From Octopus bimaculoides (taxonomy: Eukaryota), in assembly GCF_001194135.2 (NCBI RefSeq), contig NC_068989.1, positions 55,793,238 to 55,857,237 of the forward strand: DNA of 64,000 bases. The letters are read 5' to 3'. Shown piece after piece: positions 50,461-64,000 of the stretch (within the stretch, counting starts at the first letter, position 1; every line of letters starts with the position of its first letter). Both the position numbers and the translations under genes were made by a program. The notes beneath the pieces were generated by a model. That model saw nothing but the letters and a program-made list of their open reading frames with translations, did not search any database and had not been told where the DNA came from.

Positions 50461-51474
50461 TAATTGAGATCAAATAAATAGTGCATGCATGACCATCTCC
50501 AAATATAACAATAACCTAACTTATTTTCGAGTCTATGATATGCTAGCACAAGAAAATAATCAAGGTAGTGATCATGATCATGAATTTAAATTCTATAACA
50601 GACTTAAGATTTTATAGTGGGGCTTATTCTTGAGTTAAAGGTCTGATACTGGTATTTATAAAGAGAGACTTCTAAGTTACTTTGATTTCATTTCATGATA
50701 AAGAAATCAACTTATTATATATAGAAGTTTTACAAATTATATCCATGGCATACCACATGACAGGATAAAAACTAAGGCATAAAATGAGGTTTACATGACA
50801 GACGGTCATGCTGTGAAGTATGTACAAGTGTGCAATTTAAATTCTGTATTATACCAACATAGACAATGATAACATTAACAAGATAAGACTATGCAATTGT
50901 TTAGCGTAGTATGGAATTCACAGAAACATTTTCTATTTATTTTTACATTTTCTTTTTTTATTCTAACATCTTCTGCAATGTTTTTTTTATCCCCCGTTCT
51001 ATATCTATTTTCCCATACTTGATGAGCAGGATTATTTTTGTTTATTTCTTTTTGTGTGTATGTGTGTTATTATTTCTACAACTGGGTGATCTTCTTACAT
51101 TATAACTACTCAACAGTGAAGTCTGGCAACCTGGAACAAGCGCAGTTGTGAGTCTTTTTTTAGGAGTACAACACAACTTGTAGCAGTAAGAATTGAACTG
51201 ATGTCAGTGTGGTAAGCAGCATGACAGTTCAACAAATTTAAAGAGTAACTGATACTATTTTCAGCTAAGTTTCTTGAAGCAAGCAGAATATTATTTTTGC
51301 ATAAGAAGTACAGCACACTACTGTTTTTAGAATTTGATTTTTGATCAATAGATGAACACCTACATAATTCCCATGCATAATATTTTCAGATACTCCCAAG
51401 AATGAAGCAATTAAGCTAACACTTACCATTTCTGAGATGAAACACCTGATTAAACTATGCACACACATACGCAT

Positions 51475-51531
<57 letters not shown>

Positions 51532-52399
51532 CATATGTATGTATAAGCATGTGTGATGTGTGCATGCATACACATACACACACTGATACATGCAAGACAA
51601 CTGAGACAACACTTGAATGTCCCAGGTGATGATGGCCTACTTCAAAACTTTGCTAGCGACATCAGTTTTCTCAACAGTACAAACCACAAAAAACATTGAT
51701 AAGACATGCTGCTTGATAAGCAAAATATATAACATTAGGCTGTAGGTGAAAGCAAACCAGTCAAGGTCACTTCATTTGCAACACTTTCCTTCGAAAGAAC
51801 ATCTGTTATACGCTCTGCAAACACTGCCCTCCTAGACTTTAACTGTTTGTTTTAAATGACTCATTGCATAGGCTTTGTCTGCAGGATATATATTTTACAA
51901 TTTTTTTCTGAAAAAGTTTCTTTTTTTTTTTTCCTCTCATGAATGGAATTCATGAGAAAAAATGTATATGTAAAACCGCCTGCTTGGAGGCCTGATGGTA
52001 AGTGCCCATATTATTACCATCAAAACAATTACCACCACCAAATCATTAATTTCATGGCTTGCTTTTTATTTTTTCTGGTATCAGTTAAAGAGATCAGCTT
52101 CCCTTGTTGTGCTATTCTGTTATTCTTAAGAAACTCAAATAAACATCCCTTTATCAGACTTCCCTTTGTTTGGTAACAGCTAACCATCAATCCATGGTAG
52201 TTGTCCATTTATTTCTTATTAACCTTTTCGATCATTAACCCATGACTTTTCAATGATATTTACTACATTCATGGAATTAAAATATTTCACAGTTCATGAA
52301 ATCTAGGCTTTTATGAACCAAAAGAGAGAATTATCAACAATATTCCCTTGACCCTAGAATTATCATCCCCCTCCCCCAGTATTGTGATATTCAAGATAT

Positions 52400-52615
52400 A
52401 ATCCTTTCTACTAAAGGCACAAGGTCTGAAATTTTGGAGGAGGGGACTAGTTGATTACATTGACCAGTATTTCAGTGATACATAATTTGTCAACCCTGAA
52501 TGGATGAAAGGCAAAGTCGACCTCGGTGGATTTGAACTCAGAATGTGAAGATGGATGAAATGCCGCTAAGCATTTTGTCCATCATGCTAATAATTCTGCC
52601 AGCTCACTGCTTGAT
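52400..52615 (-). mobile_element. SINE family B
   Basis: ggcacaaggtctgaaattttgg...gatgaaaggcaaagtcgacctcgg...ttctgccagctcac. Confidence 0.8.
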
Positions 52616-53089
52616 ATTCAAGAAATAGTAGCAACTATCTTTACCTCTTCTTAGAGACCAAACCTTGTCATAGCATTTTTGATCAAATTACTGCACTTTA
52701 AGATGCTAGAATGGCAAAGAGATACACTGAATACTTTACAATATTCAGTAGTTTGTAGTTTTAACTCTAAATCATTCTCAATGATTAACATTATTTTCCA
52801 TCCCCTTATGATAAGTTAATATGCTCAGTTTCAAAGTCTTCTATCTATTCTTGCATTAAAAGCATTCCCTTTTGACCTGAAGTCAGGGCACAAGTAAATC
52901 CTGAGATGTCATCTTCACCATTATGCAAGTGCTAATTACGTCCTTCTACTCACATCAGTAAAATAAGTACCAGTAATACATTAGAGTCAACTGAAATCAT
53001 GCAAACTTCTTCCTCTCTAGATATTTGAGAGATCTAAATCTAAACAAGAGCTATTGTAATTTTCAGAGTAGCAGTAAGTTCAGACAGCA

Positions 53090-53225
53090 ACTTGGCTGAA
53101 TCATTAGAGTGTTGGGCAGACTGTCTAGTAGCATTTCGTTCCAGCTCTTTGTGTTCTGAGTTCAAATCCCACCAAGGTCAACTTACTTTTCATCCTCTTA
53201 GTATCAATAAAATAAGAGCAGTAAA
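53090..53225 (+). mobile_element. SINE family B fragment
   Basis: ttctgagttcaaatcccaccaaggtcaac...ttcatcct...caataaaataag. Confidence 0.65.
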
Positions 53226-53570
53226 TTGGTAGACTTGATAGAGTTATCAGACAAGATTCCTTGCAGTATCTGCATTGATTCTGTGCATTCTAAGCTCAAA
53301 TTATACCCTTTTCTTGAAAAATAGTAACACCTCTATCAAGAGTTGTGACATACAAATAGGCTTAGCAATTTGAAAAACTGATGGAAACATAGTTTTCAAG
53401 CTCTTTAATAACATTAGTAAAGTGAAATAGTAAACCTAAAATTAAACCTGGTTAGATTTGTTTTCTGAAGATTTAATACTGTGATGGAGGCAGTTGATCA
53501 CCTGCTCAACCATTGAAATTGATGATCTGTTGAATTACTTTGATGCTTTCATGTAAGACCATATATAAAA

Positions 53571-54527
53571 TAAATGTAGTGTCAAAAAGTTCCTGGAATA
53601 GTTATGTTCAACAAAAAAAAAACTTATTTATTTAGGTTTTAAAATCATCTACTTTGAAATAGTTATTTTGCACAGCAATACACTGGTCACCACATCCCTG
53701 CTACTTTTGGAATCTGGCCTGGAAGTCGTTTTCTGTAAGCAAGTGAAGGATCTTCTGCAATATGCTCTTGATCTCGACAATGATGTTAAAATGGTAACCT
53801 TTTGAGCTACATTTTCATCTCGAGGAAGAGATGGAAGTCCGCAGGTGCTAAATCTGGTGAATAGTGTAAGTGCAGAAGTGATACCATGTTGTTTTTGGTG
53901 AGAAACTCACAAGCAAGGAGAGGTTGGTGACAGGGTGCATTGTCATTGTAAAGTATCCAATTATTATCCATACTCCACAGAACTGGTTGCTTTTACTGAA
54001 TGTCCTCCTTCAAACACTTCAAAACGTTATTGATTGTCCTCTGACTATCCTCATGCACAAGCTGATGAATTCTCTCCATATTTCCAGGGGTGATGTTCAT
54101 GGCAGGTCTTCCAGATCACTCATCATCTTCCAGGGATTTTCTTCCACTTTTGAAGCACCTGTGCCACTCAAAACAGTGTGTACAACCCATTGCCTCATCA
54201 CCATAAGCTTGCCAAAGCATGTTCAATGTCTCTGTAACAGACTCCCCAAGTTTAGCACAAAATTTCATGTTGGCTCTTTGTTCCAGCTTCCTGTCCATGA
54301 CAAAAATTACAGACTACAGCATACACATGATCACAAAAACACAAATTTCACAACTTGCAAAATAAACACAGCAATGTCACTCAGCACACTGCTTCATGGC
54401 GGTCACTGCTAGCTCTCACTGTGCACACAACCATGTGCACTACAGAATTAGTGCACTACAGAATTAGTGCACTACAGAATTAGTGCACTACAGAATTAGT
54501 CCAGGAACTTTACGATGCCACCTCATA
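53571..54527 (-). mobile_element. Mariner element (same family as 19574-20535), internally deleted
   Basis: TIRs ...gtcaaaaagttcctggaatagt / attagtccaggaactttacgatgccacctcata; HTH ORF MDRKLEQRANMKFCAKLG...WHRCFKSG; YNDNAPCH and YSPDLAPADF motifs. Confidence 0.92.
54435..54498. repeat. Four perfect 16-bp tandem units (gtgcactacagaatta)
   Basis: Abuts the mariner TIR; absent from the other copy. Confidence 0.95.
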
Positions 54528-55059
54528 CATACTCTTCTTATACTGTTCAAGCATATTATAGCAGTTAGAAGGGTAAGTGACCCTGGTGCTAGAAAATTTA
54601 TTGTTCACATATTGATATTATTTTAAAAATACAAACACTTCATGGTGTATTGTTTATCTTAATTGCAAGAGATATGTAAATACTGTGTGATTGTATATCA
54701 TTTGATCAGGAACAGAGATACTGAGCCAGATTAGATACTTTACTTCAAAGCCCTTTGAGTTCACATATACACACACATACACACCCAATTTCTTACATGA
54801 ATGTGATTTCATGCATATGTGTTTATATATTTCACCTATGCATGTTGGGAAAGAATCTAAACATCAGTGAAAAGTTGATGCTCTTCAGATGAAATCTTTT
54901 GTGAGATCAAACTCCTCTGCATCGAGTTAGACATTCACTAATCACTCTCACTATTAGAAATGCTGTGAATCAGTGATTGACCCACTGGTAACCTATATCC
55001 AATTTGTAACTGTTTACAAACTGTAATATGAAACACACACAGATATATATATATATATA

Positions 55060-55330
55060 NNNNNNNNNNNNNNNNNNNNNNNNNNNNNNNNNNNNNNNNN
55101 NNNNNNNNNNNNNNNNNNNNNNNNNNNNNNNNNNNNNNNNNNNNNNNNNNNNNNNNNNNNNNNNNNNNNNNNNNNNNNNNNNNNNNNNNNNNNNNNNNNN
55201 NNNNNNNNNNNNNNNNNNNNNNNNNNNNNNNNNNNNNNNNNNNNNNNNNNNNNNNNNNNNNNNNNNNNNNNNNNNNNNNNNNNNNNNNNNNNNNNNNNNN
55301 NNNNNNNNNNNNNNNNNNNNNNNNNNNNNN
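55060..55330. other. Assembly gap
   Basis: Run of N after (TA)n. Confidence 1.
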
Positions 55331-55344
55331 ATACACATATATAA

Positions 55345-55550
55345 GATGCTGAGCTGGCAAAAATCTTCAATGTGGCAAGCAAAATGCTTAGTGGTATTTT
55401 GTCTGTCTTTGCATTCTGAGTTCAAATTCCACCATGGTCAACTTTGCCTTTCGTCCTTCTAGGGTTGATAAAAATAAGTATTCATTGAGCACTGAGGTTG
55501 ATGTAATTAACTTAACCCCTCCCCATAAATTACTGGTCTTATTCCAAAAT
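55345..55550 (+). mobile_element. SINE family B
   Basis: gctgagctggcaaaatc...ttctgagttcaaattcc...ggttgataaaaataagta. Confidence 0.8.
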
Positions 55551-57129
55551 AAATAAATAAATAAGAATTACATATGAAATAAAGTCAAGCATTACTTGGA
55601 CATACTAATCTGTAAGAGCTGAGATGAACAAGTAAAGCAGCTAAGAGTGACAGTTTCAAACTTCCTCAGCTACATAATGCTAACAACAAGATTACATTAC
55701 AATTGATGGCAAAGCCTCAGTATTGTTAAAGCTCAATTACTGAAACCAGTAAAAAAATAAGTACGAAGTAGGATTTAAGTGTTAAAAATAACCAAATACA
55801 ATTAACAATTGTTATAACATTATCAAGTACATTTGCAACATAAAGTTCACTAAACAATTTTTTACAATGATCTTATGAACAGAAATTTTTTCTTGTAAAA
55901 ATTGATTTTTCCCACTATCAAACAAGTACTACAAAAGTTTGAAAACATCTACATACATAACAGTTCTATTAATTAGGTTTTTAAATTTTTACATACATTT
56001 TCATATTAGTATGTAAGATAGGTCAGTGAATTTAGATATCTATGTACATTTAATGTATGTGTATTCTTACTTTAACATCAATCATACAACAATGAAATGA
56101 TAAATATCTTAGCACACCTACAACCTTTAGTATTAATAACACTACCATATTTTTCATGCATAAAAGTCATCTATTTACTCAACTGTTGTACGACAAATGC
56201 CTATTTGCTCAATTCATTTCTTTAACACCATACAAGCCCTGTTCTTATTTTAAGTCATGTAGAATAAAAATAGTGATATATCCAATAACATGGATTCCGT
56301 AAACAGCTGGAGATTCAGTCCTTTCCAAATGAAACCATCCATAACTAGAAATCATATCCATGTATATATAATATATATACACATTTTTCAACTCAGCACT
56401 CTAACTTCCCACATGTTTTGTCCTGCTACAAATCCATCATTCTATGCATATATCTAACTTCATGTGAAGCAGTAAGTTTCTTTATCACTGAAACCTTTGT
56501 AATACAATAACTGCCATATTCAATATGTAACTGTCGAGCCTCAAACTTCGCAATTTCCTTTCTTACACCACATCTGCAACACATTGAATCCATTTTTCTT
56601 CCTTGGTATTCTCTTGACAATTTACAATTCCAACTTATGAAACTATAGCATGTCATTTTTTACGCATCACCCTTAGACTTCTCAAATTCCAGGCTTATTT
56701 GTTGATTTATGAGAAGAAAATCAAAGACTACATACAATGATGTATTTCAGTACTGCAAATGAGCAATTCATCATTAACTGGGAGAAAAATGCATCAAAAT
56801 AACAGAGCAAACAGAAGTTGTTTATGAAGTAGTAGAAAAGTGAGAAACATTTCTAACCACAAGGTATGTGGATATTACTACTTAGAGGAAAAAAATATGT
56901 TATCATGATGGTCCAGTATTTCTTTCATTGCATCTTCCTCAAAATTTGAAACATGATGACGCATCAGAGACTAGACAGTGAAAAGAGCATAGAAAGAGAC
57001 TACTTCCAAAAGATATTTGGTTTATCTACATCTTACAAATATAAAATAGCCTCTAATATAAATTTAAAGAAATATTCAGAGAGAATAAATAGGCACAGAA
57101 ACAATTGTTACTTACAAATGTAATCTTAA

Positions 57130-57790
57130 CAACATGCCTCTTTCAACAGTTCATAGGTATTAACCTGAGTGCATACTTCTTTTCTAACATCTCCTGGTAG
57201 TGCTGCATTTCTCCTCCATATCTTCAGTTCCCCTCCAAAAGTGAGGATGTCACAGTGAATGATTGGTACCAATGCCATCCTTTCTTGAAGGGTTGATTTT
57301 TACTCCTCTTTGGAATGATCTTCAGCTTGTCTTTGAACTGTTTCTTTAGTTTCTCCATCCAGGTGATTGACCATGCTATAGCTGACAATAGAGGATCCAA
57401 TGGAGAAGGCACAAGTCAAGTAGGTGCACTACATTTCTGAACCATCTCAGATGATACCTGTATGATGCAGATTCATATCTTCTGGTGTTGGTTTGATGAA
57501 GGACTTCTCTGTGCATAATCCATCTTGCTAGGGGACTGAAAGGATCTTCTGAAGACACTACATATTAAATGCCTCAAGGACCTTAATGTTTTTTGTTGTA
57601 AATGGTCCATAATACACACCCATAGAGGAAAAAGGAAACACAAAGGGCACAGATGATGAAACCTTGTTATGGAGGCTAGGGTGGTTGAGACTTTCAAAGG
57701 CAACAGAAGCATGTCTGAGGCAGTTAAGAACCTCCTTATCTCATGTGCAGTCACTGGAAATAACACTGCTTAAGTATCTAAAATTGGGAG
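57130..57790 (-). mobile_element. RTE LINE 3' remnant
   Basis: FLYGCVLWTIY..IKVLEAFNM*CLQKIL, HLRWFRNVVHL..ILYCQL, KKQFKDKLKI. Confidence 0.75.
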
Positions 57791-58214
57791 GTTGTTGTTA
57801 GTTGTCGCTGACGTGCTGAGAAGATGGGGACGAGAGAGGGAACTGTAGCTGGCCATAAACTGATGGCCTCAGTTTTCTGGACATTACTTATCAGGCTAAA
57901 TCTTTATAACCTGTAAGATAAACCTTGAAGGACTTCTGGTGTGTGAGCTACCACACCAGAATCCCATACTTTTCCCCCAAAAGTTAATAAGATGAAACAG
58001 TTCAAACTGATGTTTGAAATTGAGTCACAGACATTATTCATAGAGAATATACTATAGTACCATGTTGCCATCAAATCTATGAAGCTGGAATTATAGGAAT
58101 ATATAATATTTCATGCCTTTTCCAAAGGTATTTTAATTAAGTAGTTTCAACAGTAAATTGAAACTGGTTTATATATTTAGCTTACTGAGAGCTAATAGCT
58201 ATGTTATGACATCT

Positions 58215-58420
58215 ATTATCAAATTTTGACACAAGGCCAGCAGTTTTCAAGAGAGTGTTGGACAATTACATAGAACCCAGTGCTCAACTGGTAGTTGCTT
58301 TATCAGCTGAAAATTATGAAAGGCAAATTCAACCTTGGCAGAATTTGAACTCAAAATATAAAGAGTCAGAAGATATGCCACTAAACATTTTGCCCAACAT
58401 GCTAATGATTCTACTGGCTT
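58215..58420 (-). mobile_element. SINE family B
   Basis: ttttgacacaaggccagc...cccagtgctcaactgg...ggcagaatttgaactc. Confidence 0.7.
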
Positions 58421-59896
58421 GCCACTATAATAATAATGATGATAATATTAGTAATAATAAACAAAAGCATATATTTTTTTTTTAAATTCATCAAGCAAAA
58501 CATAAAATCTTGAATATTTGAAAACATACTTAAAAGTAGCAAATTAAAAAGTTGTATATATTCTAAGAAATATTCTAAGTGCTCTTCATGACAAAGTACA
58601 AATCAATTATAAAAAAAAAAATTGAAGCAATAAAAAAATAATTTCACAAAATATAGAAAAAAAAAAGTCAGCATTTCTAACTACTAATACCTTTTGCTAA
58701 AGTTGTCCTGCAGCAACAATGTGTTGTCAATAGCTGAGAAGGATCAACTTCTCTATATAACAAGGATACTTGAACTATTGACAATACACTCGTTGCTCTC
58801 AGATGCTAACAGATCTTATGTCAAATTTAACGTAACAAATGAACTTACTTGTTGTCTGTGAGAAAAGTTGGATCCTCAGTCAACTGAAGCCTACTTAATC
58901 CTTATGTTGATAGTCATCAATTTCCTGATGGTCTGCAAGAAAATACAATTAAAAGAGGAAATGACCTACAGGGTAATCACTTTAACCACTTATCAAAATT
59001 ATTACAAGGCTGAACAGGCAAATTAGTTATGAAATATCTAATTATTTTCAAACAAATTCTTTTTTTATAACTTTTTAATTCAAAATATAATCCATTGAAC
59101 TTTGATCTTGCAACTGAAAAAAATTAAAATGACGACAAGCAAAATCAAACAGAAAATATGAAGAAATGTAATAAAAGAAAACAGAAGTTATGAAATATTG
59201 TTGTTTTATAAGACTGAATCAAATAAACAGGATCGAATACTATACTGTGCAATCAAATGTCCACCTTGAATCCAAGTAGAAGTAGGTCTATTGTAGTTCA
59301 ATTCTTAGTCAGGTAAACAATTATGTCACCAATCAGAAATAAGGACCGACCAAGCAAATCAACAAACACCAACACCACCAAAAAGTTACATGAATGTACC
59401 ACACACTTCCATTTCTTTCTAAAGGAATGTTGCAACATCAACAGAAAAAAATAAATAATAAATAATAAAACACAAAAGTGATAACTAGTCTGAACTTTTG
59501 AAAATTAAACTATAAATACAATATCTAATTTGAATTCCTGCTTTTCTGAGACATGAACTGGTGGAAATCCCTGAAGTTGCATGTGCACAGGTTACAAACT
59601 AACACATCTGTCTCTCACAGATTAGTAAAACAAAACTTTTTAAAATCAGAGACCATGCAGATATAAAGTTATTACAAACTACTCTAGTCCATGTACTGTC
59701 ATCCACAAATCACAGATGATTCAGTATATATTAGACCCGGCTCCATGAGTTTCTTGTGCTTAAATCACACAGTAGAACTATCCATTTTCCAGATGAGTAA
59801 ACTGGCACAAGTGATGTACCATGCAATGGCTAAAGTAATGATTGAAGTTACAACTAAGAAGTAACAAATCAATCCTCCAACCATTCTCTTAATTTC

Positions 59897-60150
59897 ATCA
59901 TCGTCATCATTTAATGTCCACTTTCTATGCTGGCATGGGTCACACAGTTTGACTGGAACTGGAGAGCTGGAGAGCTGCACCGGATTTCAGTCTGATTTGG
60001 CATGGTTTCTACGGCTGAATGCCCTCTTTAATGCCAACCACTCCAAGAGTGTAATGGGTACAATTTACATGACACTGGTAATGGCCACAACTATGATTTC
60101 ACAGGTGTCATTTACAGGACACTGATAACGGCCATGACTATGATTTCATT
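59897..60150 (-). mobile_element. RTE 3'-UTR fragment
   Basis: catttaatgtccactttctatgctggcatggg...gccaaccactccaagagtgtaatggg. Confidence 0.75.
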
Positions 60151-63100
60151 GTGGTAAATAACTTAGAGTAGTAGCAAATTTACTGGGTGCCAAGTCAACA
60201 GTGCAGTTTTGATTCCCACCTGGAACAGAACCTCTTTCCCTCCATCTTTAATGTCCATAGGAATGCTTTACTCACACAGCTATGATTTCTTTAACCCAAA
60301 AACCAATAAGAATACTACTAAATATCCCATGATCAATATCATAGACCATGAAAAATCAACCAAAAACTGCAAAGATTTTATTTTGTATTGGTTCACTATA
60401 CTCCTCTGGGTTACATAAATCCATGAATTACAATTAAATGCTTTACATCTGCAAACCAATATGTGACACTCGTAATACCAAATGATTGGGTTACATTTCA
60501 TTTTCAACTTGTAAATTCTTTTTAGTTGGAGCAAATCAACTCGGTCATTTGTATTTAATCCATTATCTTTGACAGAATTAGAGCTGATACTCATAAATCT
60601 CTGAATATGAAACTAATGATTTCTTTTTGATTCATGCACAAAAATGATATTTGTAGGACAGGGTACAATTGATTGAATTAACTCCAATATCATACTGTGA
60701 TACTTATAGTATTTACTCTAGAGAGATGAAAAGCTAAGTCAAGCTTAGTCTTATCTGAAGTCAGAACACAGAAGTATGCAATTAAATACTAATCTAGCAT
60801 GTCACCATATCTACCAAACTGACAGCCCTTCTGCTCTAAATATCTCTTTGTAAAAGGAAATTTTGTTGAATTCTGAGCACCAGTCATCTTGTTTGGTGTA
60901 ATATAAATTTAAAAAAACAACATGCAAATTTTTTTTGTAAATTATAGTTAGGAATGATTTTGTGGAATTGTTCTGTAGAAGACATAAGATTTCTTACAGC
61001 ATAGAAATTACAAAATAGTCAAGAAATTCTTCCTGTTCTGATAATAAAATAAAAATAAAAACTATAGCACAAATTTGGCATTAAGAAGTAAGTTCAACAT
61101 TATAGCCTGTAGTTAATATTTCTTGCCACTATTCATGGCTCAGCCATTAATTAACTTACTACTACAAAGCAGACAACTAAGACAGACTCAAAACAAAATA
61201 CAAATTCACTTTTGTTTTCTCACAATAATTATTTAAGGTTTAAAACATATTAACCAATAAAAAGCATTCTAGCTAATATATTTTATAGTATTGTTCCAGC
61301 TTTCATTTGTGATTTATGGAGAACTATTTAAAGTTTTTCTTTCACCTGGAAGCATGTATAGAGTGGGAAATGGATAGAGTTCTACTAAATCATTTCTTCA
61401 TAAAATTATATCAATAACGACAAGGCACCTGTCTCAGTTTAGCACTTTATAACATTGTTAACAATATGAATACATCAGCAAAGTATCCCATGGAGAAATT
61501 AGCAAAACAAACAACTTCTCAATGCATAATGAATTCTGAATAGCAGACAAATATGATGCATATGTGAAAAATAATTGATTGAAATTCTTTGCTTCAGCTT
61601 GTGCATCAATGTCAGCAGCAGTGAACTGTAATTTTATTTTAACATCTGGTTTGGAATAGTTGCAAGTAAGCAGATCAAGAAGTGATTACTTTTCTGTAAT
61701 TAAAGACCTTTACACTTTTCACATGAGAAACTATTGACAACAAAATTACTGACACTTTATAAATATGGAAAGTTAGACAAGCCTTCTAGTGGAAATGATC
61801 TACATAAAAATCACACTAACAGAACCTGAAATCAATAACTATAGAACAAATAAGTTGTTGAATAAACAATTCAGTTTGCTTATGCAGCAATCCTAAAGTC
61901 ACAAAAACCTGCTGCAATAAGAAAGTCTGCCCATAATAACAAGGAGTAACAATACAAGCAAACTACTATATATATATATATATCACGTGCACAAAAAGTG
62001 AAATTAGATTTTATAACACTTAAATATTGCTTGTAAACATTAGTGGAAACACTACAGCTCACATGTGAGCAAGCCAAGACCAACTGTTACAACAGAGTTA
62101 CCACCTCAGGGAATTATCATAAGTCTATTTAATTAGAAACGGCTACAAGAGCAAGCCTTTTACAAATGAACTATGAACATTTCAATTATCTTGCTACAAA
62201 CTCTGAAAAGAGCATCCAATGAGCTGATTGTAATAGGGAAACGCCTCATCAATAAGTAACTTTCTGTCAGCTCCGCCTAATATTATAGCTATACAGACAT
62301 TCACTTTTGATATCTCTCCCTATTATTAAAATAGAGAGATATGTTTGAAAGGAAATAATTTCAAGGTAGAATCTATTCAGAGGAGATTTGCCATAACAAT
62401 AAAGGAACAGGTAGAGTAGGAGTAGTGAGGGAAATGTTTTATTCATAAATAACAAAGAAGGCAGAAGTGAAGGACATTTTACACACAAAATAAAACATTA
62501 CTGCAAAAATAAAAGTAACAAGCATGAAATAATTTGGTGGGAAGAGGGGATACATATAGAACATTATAAGCGAAGGAATAAATTATTTGAACAAGATAAA
62601 AGGCAAAGAAAGAAAGCATGAGAAAAAGAGGCAGAACAGAGAAAGAGAGAAAAGGAGAAAGTGTCGTTTAGAGGTAGTAAACTAATACGGTTAAATGGGA
62701 ATAGCTATGAAAAAGAGGGAAATGAATGATAAAGGCAGAAAGGGCTAGACAGAAAATGTGAACATATAAAGGAGAGAGGGGAAATGAAAGAAAGGTAAAA
62801 ATGAAACTGAAAAAAAGTAGGGGAGTCATAAGAAATATTTACATCAGATATGATGAAAAAATATGATACAAGAATTCTTCTGCAATGCAAATGTTACTAC
62901 AAGAAATGGTATACAGCAATGGAAATTTATTGAAAATTTGCAAAAGAAATTTGATAAGCTCTACAACTGGTTAGAATATTTCATCAAATGGGCTGAGTTG
63001 AAGCAAAAACTTGGAAATTCTAATTCGAAATTGAAGACCACCCAAGAGGTAAAGAATTTTAAATATATGATTATCTAAAAGAAACAAGATCAATAAATAA

Positions 63101-63294
63101 AAAGAATATTTTCCCTATTTTAAAATAATTCCCATGTATGACAAAAGGAAAGGTTTCAGAATATTATTAGCTTACATTACCATGTCATTGAATAGCGTGA
63201 GTGCAACATGTAAATTAAATGACATTACTATGTCAGAAATGTTCATATTAGTGTTTTTCTTCCACATTTTCTCCCCACTTCCCATTATTATTAT

Positions 63295-63739
63295 TAAGGC
63301 GGTGAGCTGGCAGAATTGTTAGCATGCCGGGCAAAATGCTTAGCAGTATTTCACCCGTCGCTATGTTCCGAGCTCAAATACTGCAGACATCGACTTTGCC
63401 TTTCATCCTTTCGGGATTGATAAAATAAGTACCAGTTGAGTACTGGGATCGATGTAATTGACTGTCCCTCTCCCACAAATTTCATGTCTTGTGCCTTTAG
63501 TAGAAATGATTATTATAATTACAATGGCAGCATGCTGGCATGATTGTTAGCACGCCAGGCAAAGTGCCTAGAAGCATTTCGTCCATTTTCACGTTTGGAG
63601 TTCAAATTCCACTGAGGTCAACTTTACCTTTCATCCTTTCGGAGTTGAAAAAAATAAATACCAGTGAAACACTGGGATCAATGTAATCAACTAACCTTCT
63701 CCCACCAAATTTTCAGGTCTTGTGCCTTTAGTAGAAAGG

Positions 63740-63790
<51 letters not shown>
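63295..63790 (+). mobile_element. Two tandem SINE family B copies with (ATT)n tails
   Basis: ggcggtgagctggcagaa...catcctttcgggattgataaaataagtaccag; second copy about 63525-63740, then (ATT)n. Confidence 0.85.
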
Positions 63791-64000
63791 GATGTTGCAC
63801 AGTATACAATATTGTGAGGTTGTTGATTGAAGATATTGTGTCAACCGGGGGTTTGTACTGTTCGTCAAGTCACAAGAACCTCAGACAGACTGTACTTTAC
63901 ACAATAATTATTATTATTATTATTGTTCAGTAGTTTTATTTTTATAACGTGCTTTCACTTCACTACCGAGTGCAGCTCTGTGCGCCTTGGGTATGTAGAA

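Noticed and set aside
54435-54498. CRISPR-like periodic repeat
   Set aside because: Contiguous tandem units with no spacers, inside a eukaryotic mariner.
56426-56656. 76-aa minus-strand ORF with a CCRC motif
   Set aside because: No further supporting motifs or transposon ends.
60280-60594. 104-aa minus-strand ORF
   Set aside because: No recognisable motif, background composition and no consistent splice context.
62863-63078. 71-aa ORF (LQKKFDKLYNW...VKNFKYM)
   Set aside because: At best a faint LINE RT remnant; too degraded to assign.

Overview
AT-rich, repeat-dense eukaryotic DNA from a gapped short-read assembly (five N-runs). It is not prokaryotic: there are no operons, CRISPR arrays or long ORFs. 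The mix of microsatellites, SINEs and RTE/CR1/R4 LINEs resembles an Octopus genome, which is inferred from recalled repeat families and not from a database search. Almost every ORF in the track is explained by microsatellites, N-runs or decayed transposable elements. The elements I can support are: about 30 tRNA-derived SINE copies in three families; many 3' tails of an RTE LINE; decayed LINEs (RTE, CR1/L2 group, and a 5'-truncated R4/Dong-type element with RT, CCHC and RLE motifs); two internally deleted mariner copies; three hAT-type and two piggyBac-type MITEs; and a Penelope-like fragment nested in a SINE. No host protein family was recognised. A low-confidence chain of short, phase-compatible minus-strand exons near the start of the window suggests most of it may be intronic. 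I found no convincing novel multi-gene system. The best leads are the unidentified exon chain, an RTE end carrying three C2H2 fingers, the TAA-associated R4/Dong element beside a tail-to-tail microsatellite palindrome, and a pre-miRNA-sized hairpin.
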